Shown here one piece after another: positions 49,481-58,933 of a stretch of 64,000 nucleotides of DNA (the stretch's first letter is position 1; every line of letters begins with the position of its first letter). The position numbers and the translations under genes were made by a program. A model generated the notes under the pieces. That model searched no databases. It saw only the letters and a list, made by a program, of their open reading frames with translations, and had not been told where the DNA came from. The stretch spans positions 26,308-90,307 of the IMG/VR virus record IMGVR_UViG_3300005403_000005. The stretch is one strand, 5' to 3'. Origin of the DNA: a virus (Duplodnaviria > Caudoviricetes).

Positions 49481-50454
49481 GCACCGCAATAGACCTCATG
49501 ACATGCGATGATGACCTTGGGAAGTTCCTCAAGCGCTATACGGCCAATCAAATCATCGCTGGCTGCAAGCTTGATGGTGTTCGTTGTGCGGCGTATGTCG
49601 ATGCTGTCGAGCGCACCGTTCATTATTATAGTCGCAACTGGAAGCAGTTTCGGAATTTCGACTGCTTCAACGAAGACCTCTTGAAGCTGGCAGATGCGAT
49701 GGATGCGGCATTCATTGTATATGATGGCGAGGTGATATCTGAGGACAAGAAGTTCCAGAAGCTCATGATGCAGGTGCATCGGAAATACAATGTGGACAAT
49801 GGGAAGCTTCAGTTCATGATTTTCGATTGCTTCAACATGACGCCATACAGCATGGAGACCTCCCTTTACGGGAGACTACGCTATCTCTGCAATGGCTTTG
49901 CAAAACTCAAGGGCTCCAGCCGCCAGATTTTTGCCACAAATGGCAAGATTGCCCTCCTTACGCAAGCCCTCCTCTACGATTTTATGAAGGTTTATGGCCT
50001 CACAACAACACCTCAACCAACCCACGTTTCCATCGTAACAATCCACGAGTTGCGGGATGCGGTAATCGCTAAGGGATATGAGGGTCTTGTCCTTAAAAGT
50101 GCATACGGCACATATGAGCATAAGCGTTCATCCCAGTGGTGTAAGGTGAAGGAGTTCCATACCCTCGACCTCCCGGTTGTAGACTGGTACGTAGGTGTAG
50201 GGAAGCATGAGGGTCGTCTTGGCGCTCTAGTTGTAGAGTATAAGGGTAAGCGTGTCAATGTCGGAAGTGGTTTTACCGACCAAGAGCGGGAGGAGTTCGC
50301 ATTTCGCGACACCAGTGGAGCTTGGAGAACTGCGCTCCCCGGCATTATCGAAGTCTCCTATCAGGAGGAAACGAGCGGCGGGAAGCTCCGATTCCCGACA
50401 TTCATCAAAGTCCGCGATGACAAGAATGAAGTGGACGGAAAGGTGGCAGCATGA
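49477..50454 (+). CDS. ATP-dependent DNA ligase
   Basis: KLDGVR, VYDGE, YEGLVLK, WCKVK, VGSG, LRFPTF. Confidence 0.9.
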   Translation: MSTAIDLMTCDDDLGKFLKRYTANQIIAGCKLDGVRCAAYVDAVERTVHYYSRNWKQFRNFDCFNEDLLKLADAMDAAFIVYDGEVISEDKKFQKLMMQVHRKYNVDNGKLQFMIFDCFNMTPYSMETSLYGRLRYLCNGFAKLKGSSRQIFATNGKIALLTQALLYDFMKVYGLTTTPQPTHVSIVTIHELRDAVIAKGYEGLVLKSAYGTYEHKRSSQWCKVKEFHTLDLPVVDWYVGVGKHEGRLGALVVEYKGKRVNVGSGFTDQEREEFAFRDTSGAWRTALPGIIEVSYQEETSGGKLRFPTFIKVRDDKNEVDGKVAA

Positions 50455-50894
50455 GAGAATTCAAGGTTGCGCACTACTACTACCCCGATGGTCATGAGCT
50501 TGTCATTACGGCATGCCCGCACCGATTGATAGAGGACGAATGGGAGTATGCCATCAGGGAACCTAATGGGGAATATCCATTCTGCCCGGTTGGGAAGAGG
50601 AGATTGCCCCACCCACATGAAGAAGATGGGGTTGTTGGTATTCCGGAATACGTCGAGTTAGGCTTATACTATGGCTACGAGATGTTGGATTGGAATATGT
50701 GAGGCGGAGATGACCATTCAAGAGCTACGAAATGAGTTCGAGGACTTCGCAATACGATGTCACTTTGATATTCGGCGCAGGGATAATGGCGAATATCATG
50801 GGCAAACATTCATCCTGTGGGCAGGATATTGGGAGTGTGCGGTAAGGCGTGGAGCTCTTGTTGGAGTTGATGCCACCATTCAAGGAATGCACAA

Positions 50895-51377
50895 ATGAAC
50901 ATTCACGAGATAGCAGAGAGGGTCGGGAAGACTGGGGATGATATCCTCGACTGCGTGCGTCTATCGGTGGCGCTTGGCTACGGAAACCCCGATGATGTCA
51001 AGGAGGTTTCCGTAGTGCTAATGGAGCCATCGCTCAGGCGCAGGATAATGTATGATGTTTATCCCAAAGCCTGCTACCACAATACGTGGGAGGCGATGGA
51101 TGCACTGCGGCGTCGGGATGATGTTCGTTACGTTCTTGGCTACTGGCATAGTGTCATCCCAGTCGAGCACTGTTTCCTAAAGGTCGGCGATATCTATCAT
51201 GACCCGACTGGGGAGTTCCTCTTTCCAGATGACAAGCATCGCTACTTCTCGCTTCTTGAGTTGTCTCGTTCCGAGGTTATGGAAATCAAGAAGTTTATGC
51301 GCAGGAGGTTCCGCTCCAATGACCATATTGGCATCTGCGAGTACAGGCGGTGGCTTGCGGATTGTGGTGGGAAATGA
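50895..51377 (+). CDS. Hypothetical protein
   Basis: ATGA coupling to upstream small ORFs (50451-50702, 50710-50898). Confidence 0.5.
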   Translation: MNIHEIAERVGKTGDDILDCVRLSVALGYGNPDDVKEVSVVLMEPSLRRRIMYDVYPKACYHNTWEAMDALRRRDDVRYVLGYWHSVIPVEHCFLKVGDIYHDPTGEFLFPDDKHRYFSLLELSRSEVMEIKKFMRRRFRSNDHIGICEYRRWLADCGGK

Positions 51378-51398
51378 ACCATTGCAGTTTCTTATTGC

Positions 51399-51427
51399 TC
51401 GACAATTAAGTAACTGCTTGATAGAAT
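51399..51427 (+). promoter_or_regulatory. Sigma70-type promoter with conserved spacer motif
   Basis: TCGACA-ATTAAGTAACTGCTTGA-TAGAAT. Confidence 0.65.
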
Positions 51428-51462
51428 GATTTCACGATAATCATGAAGCGGAAGGAGCGACA

Positions 51463-51759
51463 ATGGAGATAAAGCCACAAGATACGGTGCTCATCAAGGA
51501 GTGGGATGAGTTGGAGCAGGAGTATGGCGTCGATAATGATGTCTGAATAGTGACTCCCGGCACACAACCCTATTTCCCCCCCGATATGAAGTCGCTGTGC
51601 GGGAATCTCGTGAAGGTGGAGATGCTTAATGATTACGAAATACGTGTTCGTGGCGTTAAGATGCCAATACCGATTTGCGCAGTGAAGCGTATCGTTTCCG
51701 ATGCTCCCGAGGGATTAAGGGAGATAGCCGAAAAAGCAAAGTGGCGCTATTCGGAATGA
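51463..51759 (+). pseudogene. Small protein with AKWRY tag, interrupted by in-frame TGA
   Basis: AAGGAG RBS and ATG 51463; TGA 51544-51546; reading continues in frame to LREIAEKAKWRYSE. Confidence 0.6.
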
Positions 51760-51781
51760 CAATAAACAAGGAGGTTCTGTC

Positions 51782-52315
51782 GTGAATACAGTTTGGTTTA
51801 CATCTGACGAGCATTACAGCCACTCGAAGATAATCAGACTCATGAATCGTCCCTTCGGCTCCGTCGAGGAGATGAACGAGAAACTAATTGAGAATCACAA
51901 CTCATTCGTGATGTCCGGAGATAGGGTTTATCATCTGGGCGACTTTGCGTGGAACAATGCTGAAATCTTCCTCAGGCGGCTCAATGGTCAGCACTTCCTC
52001 ATCCGGGGCAATCATGATTATAGAGATGTTAGGGAAAAGGGCTTCATCTGGGTCAAGGATGCGTATCAGCTTACAGTCTGGGAGCACACATTCTGGCTCT
52101 CGCACTACGCACACCGCGTATGGCCCAGGTCACACTTCGGCAGCTTCCATCTCCACGGCCACAGTCACGGGATGCTCGATGCTCAATACGGACTTTGGGG
52201 TAGAAGCATGGATGTTGGGGTGGATGCCCCCGGCATGTACTACTCGCCCATCAACGTGGAAGAGGTCATCAACATCCTCAAGGATAGGGAATTCAAAAAC
52301 CACCACCCAGAATAG
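51782..52315 (+). CDS. Calcineurin-like metallophosphoesterase
   Basis: FTSDEH, HLGDF, GNHD, LHGHSH. Confidence 0.85.
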   Translation: MNTVWFTSDEHYSHSKIIRLMNRPFGSVEEMNEKLIENHNSFVMSGDRVYHLGDFAWNNAEIFLRRLNGQHFLIRGNHDYRDVREKGFIWVKDAYQLTVWEHTFWLSHYAHRVWPRSHFGSFHLHGHSHGMLDAQYGLWGRSMDVGVDAPGMYYSPINVEEVINILKDREFKNHHPE

Positions 52316-52340
52316 GAAACAAAGAGAGGAGTGTTAAATC

Positions 52341-52604
52341 ATGAAATGGAAGTTTTGGAAGAAGGAAGAGGCTCCCAAGAGGGAGCTGAGGAGACTTGAG
52401 ATTCCTGCCGAGAGAGTTCGTGAAATCCGGAGACTCAGTGATGAATATTATGGTCTTCCCGCAAGACAGGATAAGGAGGCTCACTACATTCTCTGGACTG
52501 CTGTGGCGGAAATCTTCCCCGAGGTTAGGGAGGGGAGATGGCGACTTGAATTCCCGAATGCCTTTCGTGCCGAAGTGGTTGAGTGGGCGAGGGATGGGGA
52601 ATGA
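52341..52604 (+). CDS. Hypothetical protein
   Basis: GAGGAG RBS. Confidence 0.55.
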   Translation: MKWKFWKKEEAPKRELRRLEIPAERVREIRRLSDEYYGLPARQDKEAHYILWTAVAEIFPEVREGRWRLEFPNAFRAEVVEWARDGE

Positions 52605-53002
52605 TTGCGATAGTGAATGTTTCCCAAGAGCCGAAGCCTACGGGCGAGCAGGATTACGAGGTAAGAATCAATCGTCAAGTCATCACGCGGTTTAAGCACA
52701 ATCGGGAGGATGGCTTGGAGAAATGTCTTCGCTTGGCGGCTGATGCTGTTGTGCGATATAAGCGGGAAGAAGCTGCTAAGATAGTGAACTACCCGGAGGA
52801 ACCGATGGAACTATCAGAGAGACAGGAACGAATCATGAGGGCCGCACGTCGAGGCTACGAAGCATATTGTGGATACACTGGCTGCAAAAGCGCCGTAACA
52901 GGCGATCCGCTGCCTATCTGGGAGAGCCTACCGGGAGCCGTCAAAAATGCGTGGTTTGCCGCAGCAGCCGGTATTTTCCAGGAAATGCGGGGCGAACCGT
53001 GA
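52601..53002 (+). CDS. Hypothetical protein
   Basis: ATGA coupling. Confidence 0.5.
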   Translation: MIAIVNVSQEPKPTGEQDYEVRINRQVITRFKHNREDGLEKCLRLAADAVVRYKREEAAKIVNYPEEPMELSERQERIMRAARRGYEAYCGYTGCKSAVTGDPLPIWESLPGAVKNAWFAAAAGIFQEMRGEP

Positions 53003-53284
53003 GTGAATACCCTTGGGACATTGAAAACATGATGCTGGCACAGCACGACCAGCCCTGCGACTGCGCTATCTGCGATGAGATACATAGAGCAAGGGAGGCC
53101 AGGAAAAGCCGTGGAGCAAAATGCTTCCTGAACAACGACGGGACAAGCGATTGCGACCGGCTGAGAGCGGCTTTGCAGAAGATTGCGCGGGGGACTCTTG
53201 AGCCGGGGCATGTCTATCAGCAGGCAGTCATGATGCAGGACATAGCCCGCGAAGCCCTGGCCGACAGGCCATAAGCCAAGATGA

Positions 53285-53334
53285 TTATAACGGCTTGAGT
53301 TGAGCCGCACAACGGCTCGAACGTTTGGTTATGC
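53285..53334 (-). mobile_element. Integron attC site
   Basis: Minus strand: GCATAAC-CAAAC-GTTCGAGC...GCTCAAC-TCAAGCC-GTTATAA; extra C in L''. Confidence 0.8.
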
Positions 53335-53358
53335 GTTCGGGCTATAGAGGGGGGTACC

Positions 53359-53628
53359 GTGGATTTACTAAGGATGGACCATATAAACAGCCTGCCGCAG
53401 CCTTTCATTGCCCATTTCTATGGCGGTGACGAATGGCCTGTAAATGACATTGAAGCTGAAACAGGAATGATGCGAATTGGCGTAGTGGGCAAACTCCAAG
53501 TCACACACATTAGGGATGTTCGTTTTTTCCGCGATGCTGACGGCGTTGAGCACGATGCGGAAAGTTTCTACAGTGACTATGGATTGCTCGACGCTATGGA
53601 TGCTGTAGCGCAGGTAATCGAGCCATAG
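53359..53628 (+). CDS. Hypothetical protein inside attC-bounded cassette
   Basis: Lies between attC sites at 53285 and 53637. Confidence 0.55.
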   Translation: MDLLRMDHINSLPQPFIAHFYGGDEWPVNDIEAETGMMRIGVVGKLQVTHIRDVRFFRDADGVEHDAESFYSDYGLLDAMDAVAQVIEP

Positions 53629-53636
53629 GCAAGTAT

Positions 53637-53696
53637 CATAACTCGTTGAATTAAACTGCAAGCGTAGCGCAGACGGCTTTGAAAGTCTGGTTGTTG
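53637..53696 (-). mobile_element. Degenerate attC site
   Basis: Minus strand: CAACAAC...TTTCAAAG...CTGC-GCTACGCTT-GCAG-TTTAAT...GTTATGA. Confidence 0.55.
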
Positions 53697-53714
53697 CTCG
53701 GAAGGAGCTACGAA

Positions 53715-53903
53715 GTGCCAATCTACGTATATCAATGTGAGTGTGGCAATGAGGTCGAGGAGTTTCGGAAGTTCAGCAATGCGGATTCCCCAGTCGAGTG
53801 CGGGAAGTGTGGCAAGGGGATGAAGCGTGGGGTGGCCCTTACATCCGGCATCATCCTCAAGGGGAGTGGGTGGGCTAGAGATGGCTACTCATCGGAGTCA
53901 TAA
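53715..53903 (+). CDS. FmdB-family Zn-ribbon protein
   Basis: PIYVYQCECG..EE...CGKC...LKGSGW..DGY; AAGGAG RBS before GTG. Confidence 0.8.
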   Translation: MPIYVYQCECGNEVEEFRKFSNADSPVECGKCGKGMKRGVALTSGIILKGSGWARDGYSSES

Positions 53904-53906
53904 CCA

Positions 53907-54110
53907 ATGATAAAACCATGTCCATTTTGCGGAAATGAAAAAGAATTTGGCATTGGCAGGGGTACAAAAGACCGTGAGGGTTGGCCTACGTATATTTACT
54001 GCCCATCATGTGGGGCGCAAGGGCCATGGGTTTACACTACCGACAAGGCTGTTTTTGTCTGTACCGAGATTGCGGCAGAAAAGACGGGATGGAACAAGAG
54101 GAGCGAATGA
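53907..54110 (+). CDS. Lar-family restriction-alleviation-like Zn finger
   Basis: KPCPFCG...CPSCGAQGP...WNKR. Confidence 0.65.
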   Translation: MIKPCPFCGNEKEFGIGRGTKDREGWPTYIYCPSCGAQGPWVYTTDKAVFVCTEIAAEKTGWNKRSE

Positions 54111-54591
54111 TATGGAAGAGTTGAGCGAAAACATAGCCGAGTTGATTACTGCCTCGTTCATGCTGATTCTGCCCCACCTCGATGCCACTGGCGTTCCTGC
54201 CGGTGCTGATGAGGATGTCTGGGATGTCTTCCATGCCATCAACAATATCACGCCCATTCCCAGTCTGATTGAGAAGTTGAGAGAGGAGGGTCTTCATGAT
54301 TAATTTTCATACCATAATTGGAGTTGTGATTTGAGGGGCAAAACTGTAAAAATGCTGCGTAAAATATGGGCACATGATATGAGAAATTGGCGTTCAGCTA
54401 AGAAAATTTGGGCGTCCCGCTGCCACCAAAGGTTTTGTTTACGGAAGAGATACCGATTTGGGCAAAGGCGCAACTTGCATGTTGTGGCTTCACGGATTGG
54501 AAGAGTGACGCCCCGCAATGGATGCACGACGCGGTGAAAGAGGGCTGGAAGTGAGCTTCGTCTCAAAGTGACAAATGATGTTCTTTTATTC

Positions 54592-54620
54592 GTGACAATT
54601 AAGTAACTACTTGATAGAAT
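54592..54620 (+). promoter_or_regulatory. Sigma70-type promoter with conserved spacer motif
   Basis: GTGACA-ATTAAGTAACTACTTGA-TAGAAT. Confidence 0.7.
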
Positions 54621-54659
54621 CATCTCGTAAGTAAATCATACATGAGGGAGGAAGAAATC

Positions 54660-54893
54660 ATGGCATGGGATGCAAAACTTCACAAAACTATCTGCACAAA
54701 GGATGTCAACGTGAGCGAGAGCACTACGCTTGTCGTCGAGAAGTACAGCTACGATGACGGCGCTCCGAAGGTCAAGGTCGGAGCGCTCATCCGGCGCTCC
54801 AATGGGGAAGTCAATCACGCTCCCTTCCGTGGCGTCGATGCGAATCACGCGGCTGCACTTGCGGCAGCAATCCTTGAGGTTGCGGGGGCGTAA
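54660..54893 (+). CDS. Small protein, possibly PC4-like ssDNA-binding fold
   Basis: LVVEKYSYDDGAPKV pattern; weak inference. Confidence 0.4.
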   Translation: MAWDAKLHKTICTKDVNVSESTTLVVEKYSYDDGAPKVKVGALIRRSNGEVNHAPFRGVDANHAAALAAAILEVAGA

Positions 54894-54972
54894 GCTCCCG
54901 CTTTTCTTGTCGTATACGGCAGAGGCTTCATTCCCACATTAATCTGTGGTCAAATCAATCAGGAGGGCAACA

Positions 54973-55272
54973 ATGAAGAAGTTCAAGGTTACGTTCAGGA
55001 ATATCACCGTAGAAGCTGGCAAAATCCCCCACATCAAGTTCTTGCGGCAGCTTGCGCAACTGGGACTCAAGGACGCGAAGGATATTGTCGATTCGGAGCA
55101 GTATCAGCATGATATTGAATTCGGCAGGGACCTCACCTTCATCATCTCAGCAGAGCAGTACGGCATGTTCTGCTTCAGGCATGCCACAGCGCCCGACCCC
55201 AACTTCCGCCTCCTCAGCATCGAGGAGTACGTTGCGCCCTGGACTCCCATCGACCTTTCCGGCATTCAATAG
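54973..55272 (+). CDS. Ribosomal L7/L12 C-terminal-like domain protein
   Basis: KIPHIKFLRQLAQLGLKDAKDIVD resembles KIxVIKxVRxLTGLGLKEAKxLVE. Confidence 0.55.
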   Translation: MKKFKVTFRNITVEAGKIPHIKFLRQLAQLGLKDAKDIVDSEQYQHDIEFGRDLTFIISAEQYGMFCFRHATAPDPNFRLLSIEEYVAPWTPIDLSGIQ

Positions 55273-55479
55273 GAGTGTGACATGAGTGATACTATCTGCC
55301 CCAAGTGTGGCAAATCGGAAGGAAAGTGTCGGTATCGTCACTACGATATCTGCGACAAGTGTGGCTCCATCGCCCCGAGGGGCGATGGGGAGTACCTCAA
55401 GGGCGGCTTCAAGTGCGAGCACTGTGGACAAGTGTGGCGCTGGATTGCCCTTGACGCTTCTACAAAGCGGAGGTGAGCG

Positions 55480-55806
55480 ATGACTGCAAAGTGGCGATTA
55501 GCCGATGACAGCGTGACATCTGACAGCGTGACATCTGACAGCGTGACATCTGACAGCGTGGAGAGAACTCCAAAGATAACTCCACAACTCGGCGATAGGG
55601 TGAGATTTATTGCCCAGCGCTCAAGCCCCTCCTTCACGTTTGGTGGCTTGGAGGGGACGCTTTGCAGGAGTTGTTTCTACAACACGAATGATGACCCCGC
55701 CGATTCCAATGGTGATTATTGGATAAGCGACCACAATGGCGACAAGAGAATCCCGCGCATCTGCATTGGCAAGCGCGAGAACTTCGAGATAATCAAGGAG
55801 GCTTGA
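55480..55806 (+). CDS. KOW/SH3-like protein with N-terminal AKWRL and DSVTS repeats
   Basis: MTAKWRL; PQLGDRVRF; GGAGGTG RBS. Confidence 0.55.
   Translation: MTAKWRLADDSVTSDSVTSDSVTSDSVERTPKITPQLGDRVRFIAQRSSPSFTFGGLEGTLCRSCFYNTNDDPADSNGDYWISDHNGDKRIPRICIGKRENFEIIKEA
55507..55560 (+). repeat. 15-nt tandem repeat x3.6
   Basis: GACAGCGTGACATCT. Confidence 0.95.
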
Positions 55807-55956
55807 AATGACGATAGGTGCTGGCATCGCAATCGCAGGAGTTTGGATTTTTGCCGGAGTTGTCTGTGCAAGTAGAAGCGTATCTGGATTAGGCTTCGTA
55901 ATTGCAGTCATTGTGGCGATGGCGGCAATGGCTGTCATCTTGGGGGTGGTGCGAGT

Positions 55957-56265
55957 ATGAATCCGCTTAAACGACTTAGAGACATTATATTTCAGGACAC
56001 TCCTGTAAAAAGTGTTGTTGTGGGCGGAAAGTATAGGCTCATTCGCTCTGGCGAAGAGGGCAATCCATTCGCAGGGCCTGAAGTTATAGCTCGCGTCAAA
56101 GATGTGAAAGATGGCTGGGTGCTTTACGAGATAGTTCCCAGACGCATCTTTACAAATGAGTCAATGAAGGAAGAGGTGTTTTTGAACATCTTTACAAATG
56201 AGTCAATGAAGGAAGAGGTGTTTTTGAACATCTATAAACCTATCGAATTCCCAGACTCGGAGTGA
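55957..56265 (+). CDS. Hypothetical protein with 14-aa duplication
   Basis: IFTNESMKEEVFLN x2. Confidence 0.55.
   Translation: MNPLKRLRDIIFQDTPVKSVVVGGKYRLIRSGEEGNPFAGPEVIARVKDVKDGWVLYEIVPRRIFTNESMKEEVFLNIFTNESMKEEVFLNIYKPIEFPDSE
56145..56233 (+). repeat. 42-nt perfect tandem duplication
   Basis: CATCTTTACAAATGAGTCAATGAAGGAAGAGGTGTTTTTGAA x2. Confidence 0.95.
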
Positions 56266-56503
56266 GGTGAGTATGCCACGAACAATCAGGCTTGAGAATT
56301 GGCGAACTGATGGGGCGAGGATTTGCGGCAATGGCTACGATGATAGCGAGGGGTTCATCAAGAATGGACAGTTCATCAGGTCGGAGCCTATTGTTGGCGT
56401 CATCATGGCGGAGGATGATGTCACCTGTGAGGCTGTGGAGACTCTCGATGGCATCTACTATCTGGGCAAGCGGCTGGAAAGTGACGAAGCGGCTTAATCG
56501 TGC

Positions 56504-56532
56504 GTGACCATTAAGTAACTACTTGATATAAT
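56504..56532 (+). promoter_or_regulatory. Sigma70-type promoter with conserved spacer motif
   Basis: GTGACC-ATTAAGTAACTACTTGA-TATAAT. Confidence 0.7.
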
Positions 56533-57527
56533 TCTCTCATAAGCATTACACATCACGAAGATTCACGATGGAGGGCGTTATGAGCATGACGAAAGAAGAG
56601 CGGCTGAAATACATCAAGGCATCGTCGGAACGTATCCTCAAGCCATATCGCGATGCAAGAAGGGCTGCGGAGCGGGAGACAGCGAAGCTTGAGCGGGAGG
56701 CTCGCAAAGGCATCCAGCGTGCGATGAACAAATTCCTGAGTGCCTCCGATGATGAGTGCGACTACGAAGGGGGCTTCTAATTGGACCCCTTCAAAGTGCT
56801 GTTCATCATCGTATTCTGGGTTGTGATTGTAGCTGGATTCTTTCTGAAGATGGTTGTCAAAGCACTTGACGCAGCATTCAAAACTTTCACGAAAACAGAG
56901 GAGAAAGACAATGAGAGACAAGATGATGAAAAGAAATCGTAGGGTCTGGGGTTACGCGAAGCATGAGGGTTGCATCGACCTGCATCGGACGAAGTGTTCC
57001 TGTGGCGGCGAGATTGAGGAGTCCCACATCGAGGGCTTGGTCAAGCGGACCTGCAAGAAGTGCGGCGTCACGCGACTCTACTGAGTGCGATAGTAACATA
57101 AGGAGGCTGGCAATGATGTTTGAGATAGAACTTGAGTGTGTTGAGGATTCGCTTTTCGATGAGTTTTTGCGCGATGTTTATGCGCTGGGCGTAAAGGTCG
57201 AGGATTTGGGCCCAAGCCCCAATCATCACAAAATGCTTCGTCTCAGGGGAACGCTCCCTCAACTGCTTAAAGCCATCGCGCTCTATGAGCATGGCGACGT
57301 CTACAGAGGAAATATCGGCAATACACGTTATCGTGTTCTCGATGTCATTGAGCACGCCGAGCGCATCAAAGTTGTCGATGAGTCTTGAGCGTCCGACATC
57401 GTGGCGCTACGCCCACGCCAGAACCATCGACTCCGCGAACGCTACGGGGCCTAGGAGCGATTTTTGGAGTGAAAGCCCTATACGACTATCACTTGGGCGG
57501 GAAAGCGCATCTAGTGTCAAATAATCC

Positions 57528-57556
57528 GTGACATTCTATCAACTACTTGATAGAGT
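57528..57556 (+). promoter_or_regulatory. Sigma70-type promoter with conserved spacer motif
   Basis: GTGACA-TTCTATCAACTACTTGA-TAGAGT. Confidence 0.65.
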
Positions 57557-57604
57557 ATCATCATGGAAGGATGAGCACTAAGGGCATGGGGAGGGAGATA
57601 TCAC

Positions 57605-57877
57605 ATGGAGTCGATAAAATCACCCTACAAAGGGTACAGTCAGTCAGCTCAGAGGTGTCATCTCTACATCGAAAAGGATTGGGCGCAGGGCTGTGATGAC
57701 CCGGAGTTCGTGGAGTTCGCGGCAAGCTACGGCGTCGAGCTCATCGAGGGCGCTACGCTCTGGATGCTCCGAGGCACGTTCCCAGCGCTGGTAAAGCTTC
57801 TGGTTGATGTCTGGTACTACGACGACATCTCGGATATCCAACATCTCATCAATCGCATCGTCACTGGTGACGAATAA
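57605..57877 (+). CDS. Hypothetical early protein
   Basis: GGGAG RBS downstream of promoter 57528. Confidence 0.5.
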   Translation: MESIKSPYKGYSQSAQRCHLYIEKDWAQGCDDPEFVEFAASYGVELIEGATLWMLRGTFPALVKLLVDVWYYDDISDIQHLINRIVTGDE

Positions 57878-57895
57878 CAACAGAGAGGAGAAGTT

Positions 57896-58225
57896 ATGTA
57901 CCAAACAGACTCACAGAAGGCCATTACCACACTGGCGAAGAATCTCGCCAAGACAGCCACTCGCGAGGGGTTGGAGGCAGCGCTCCTCGGAGCTGTCGAA
58001 GTCGCCGTAGCCTACTCGGATATGGTGGCTACTGCGTCAGCAGAGCTTGAGGTGGATGGGGCAGTTTCGCAGAATGGCATCAATTGCCTGAAGCTCGCAA
58101 CCGAGAAGAGGAACATCCTCTTCTCCAATAAAATCTTCGAAGCATTTGGTGTCAGCGATGAAGATGGTCATCGGGCGATGTACGAAACGGACATGGAGTT
58201 GGGAACTTCCTACACCCCCAACTAA
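57896..58225 (+). CDS. Hypothetical early protein
   Basis: GAGGAG RBS. Confidence 0.55.
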   Translation: MYQTDSQKAITTLAKNLAKTATREGLEAALLGAVEVAVAYSDMVATASAELEVDGAVSQNGINCLKLATEKRNILFSNKIFEAFGVSDEDGHRAMYETDMELGTSYTPN

Positions 58226-58243
58226 CGCGAGAGGAGAGGTGAC

Positions 58244-58594
58244 ATGACGGAAGAAAAGGGCATCACGACGCTGGACGACGAGAAGATTAAGATTGTCGCC
58301 CGAAAGCTGGCGGAGACTGCGGGGCATGCGGAGCTGGTATCCGCATTTATCTCGGCAGTCGAGCTCAACATCATGCTACTCAAGACGATATCAGCCGTAT
58401 CGGCGGAATTGGAGCAGACTGGAAGCGCCTGTGAGGAGGGTCGAGAAACACTCAAGATTCTCTCTGGCAAAACCACGTTAATCTTTATCTCCATTATGGA
58501 GAAGGTCGGCTTGAGCAAGCTCTCCAAGAATGACATCGACCAGCTCATGTACGAGATTGATGAGGAGATAGCCATCGCAGCGGGCGAGAATTAA
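58244..58594 (+). CDS. Hypothetical early protein
   Basis: GAGGTG RBS. Confidence 0.55.
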   Translation: MTEEKGITTLDDEKIKIVARKLAETAGHAELVSAFISAVELNIMLLKTISAVSAELEQTGSACEEGRETLKILSGKTTLIFISIMEKVGLSKLSKNDIDQLMYEIDEEIAIAAGEN

Positions 58595-58615
58595 GCCTAA
58601 AGTGTCGAATCGTTC

Positions 58616-58644
58616 GTGACAGTGAAGTAACTACTTGATAGAAT
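58616..58644 (+). promoter_or_regulatory. Sigma70-type promoter with conserved spacer motif
   Basis: GTGACA-GTGAAGTAACTACTTGA-TAGAAT. Confidence 0.7.
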
Positions 58645-58933
58645 GAATCATGAAGTACATCACGAGGCATCACGAAGGAGATACGCTATGGCACGCAGGA
58701 AGACTCGCTATCTGGTAATGGTACAATTTCCCGGCTCCCCGATGAAGAAGTTTTCCCAATGGTCAAAATTCTGGCTCGCACTCAAGGACTTGAAGGAGTT
58801 CTACGAGCGCAATGAGCGCATCGGCATCACACACTTCCGGGCTCTCGTGGTTCGGAGGAAAGTAAGGGTTTAATCGAATGGACTGGGAGTGCTCCTCCCA
58901 GTCCCAACTTTATTCGCGACAAAGGAGAGAGTA

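Noticed and set aside
19378-56233. CRISPR array in the repeat tracts
   Set aside because: Repeats are head-to-tail with no spacers, lie in frame within ORFs, and no cas genes are present.
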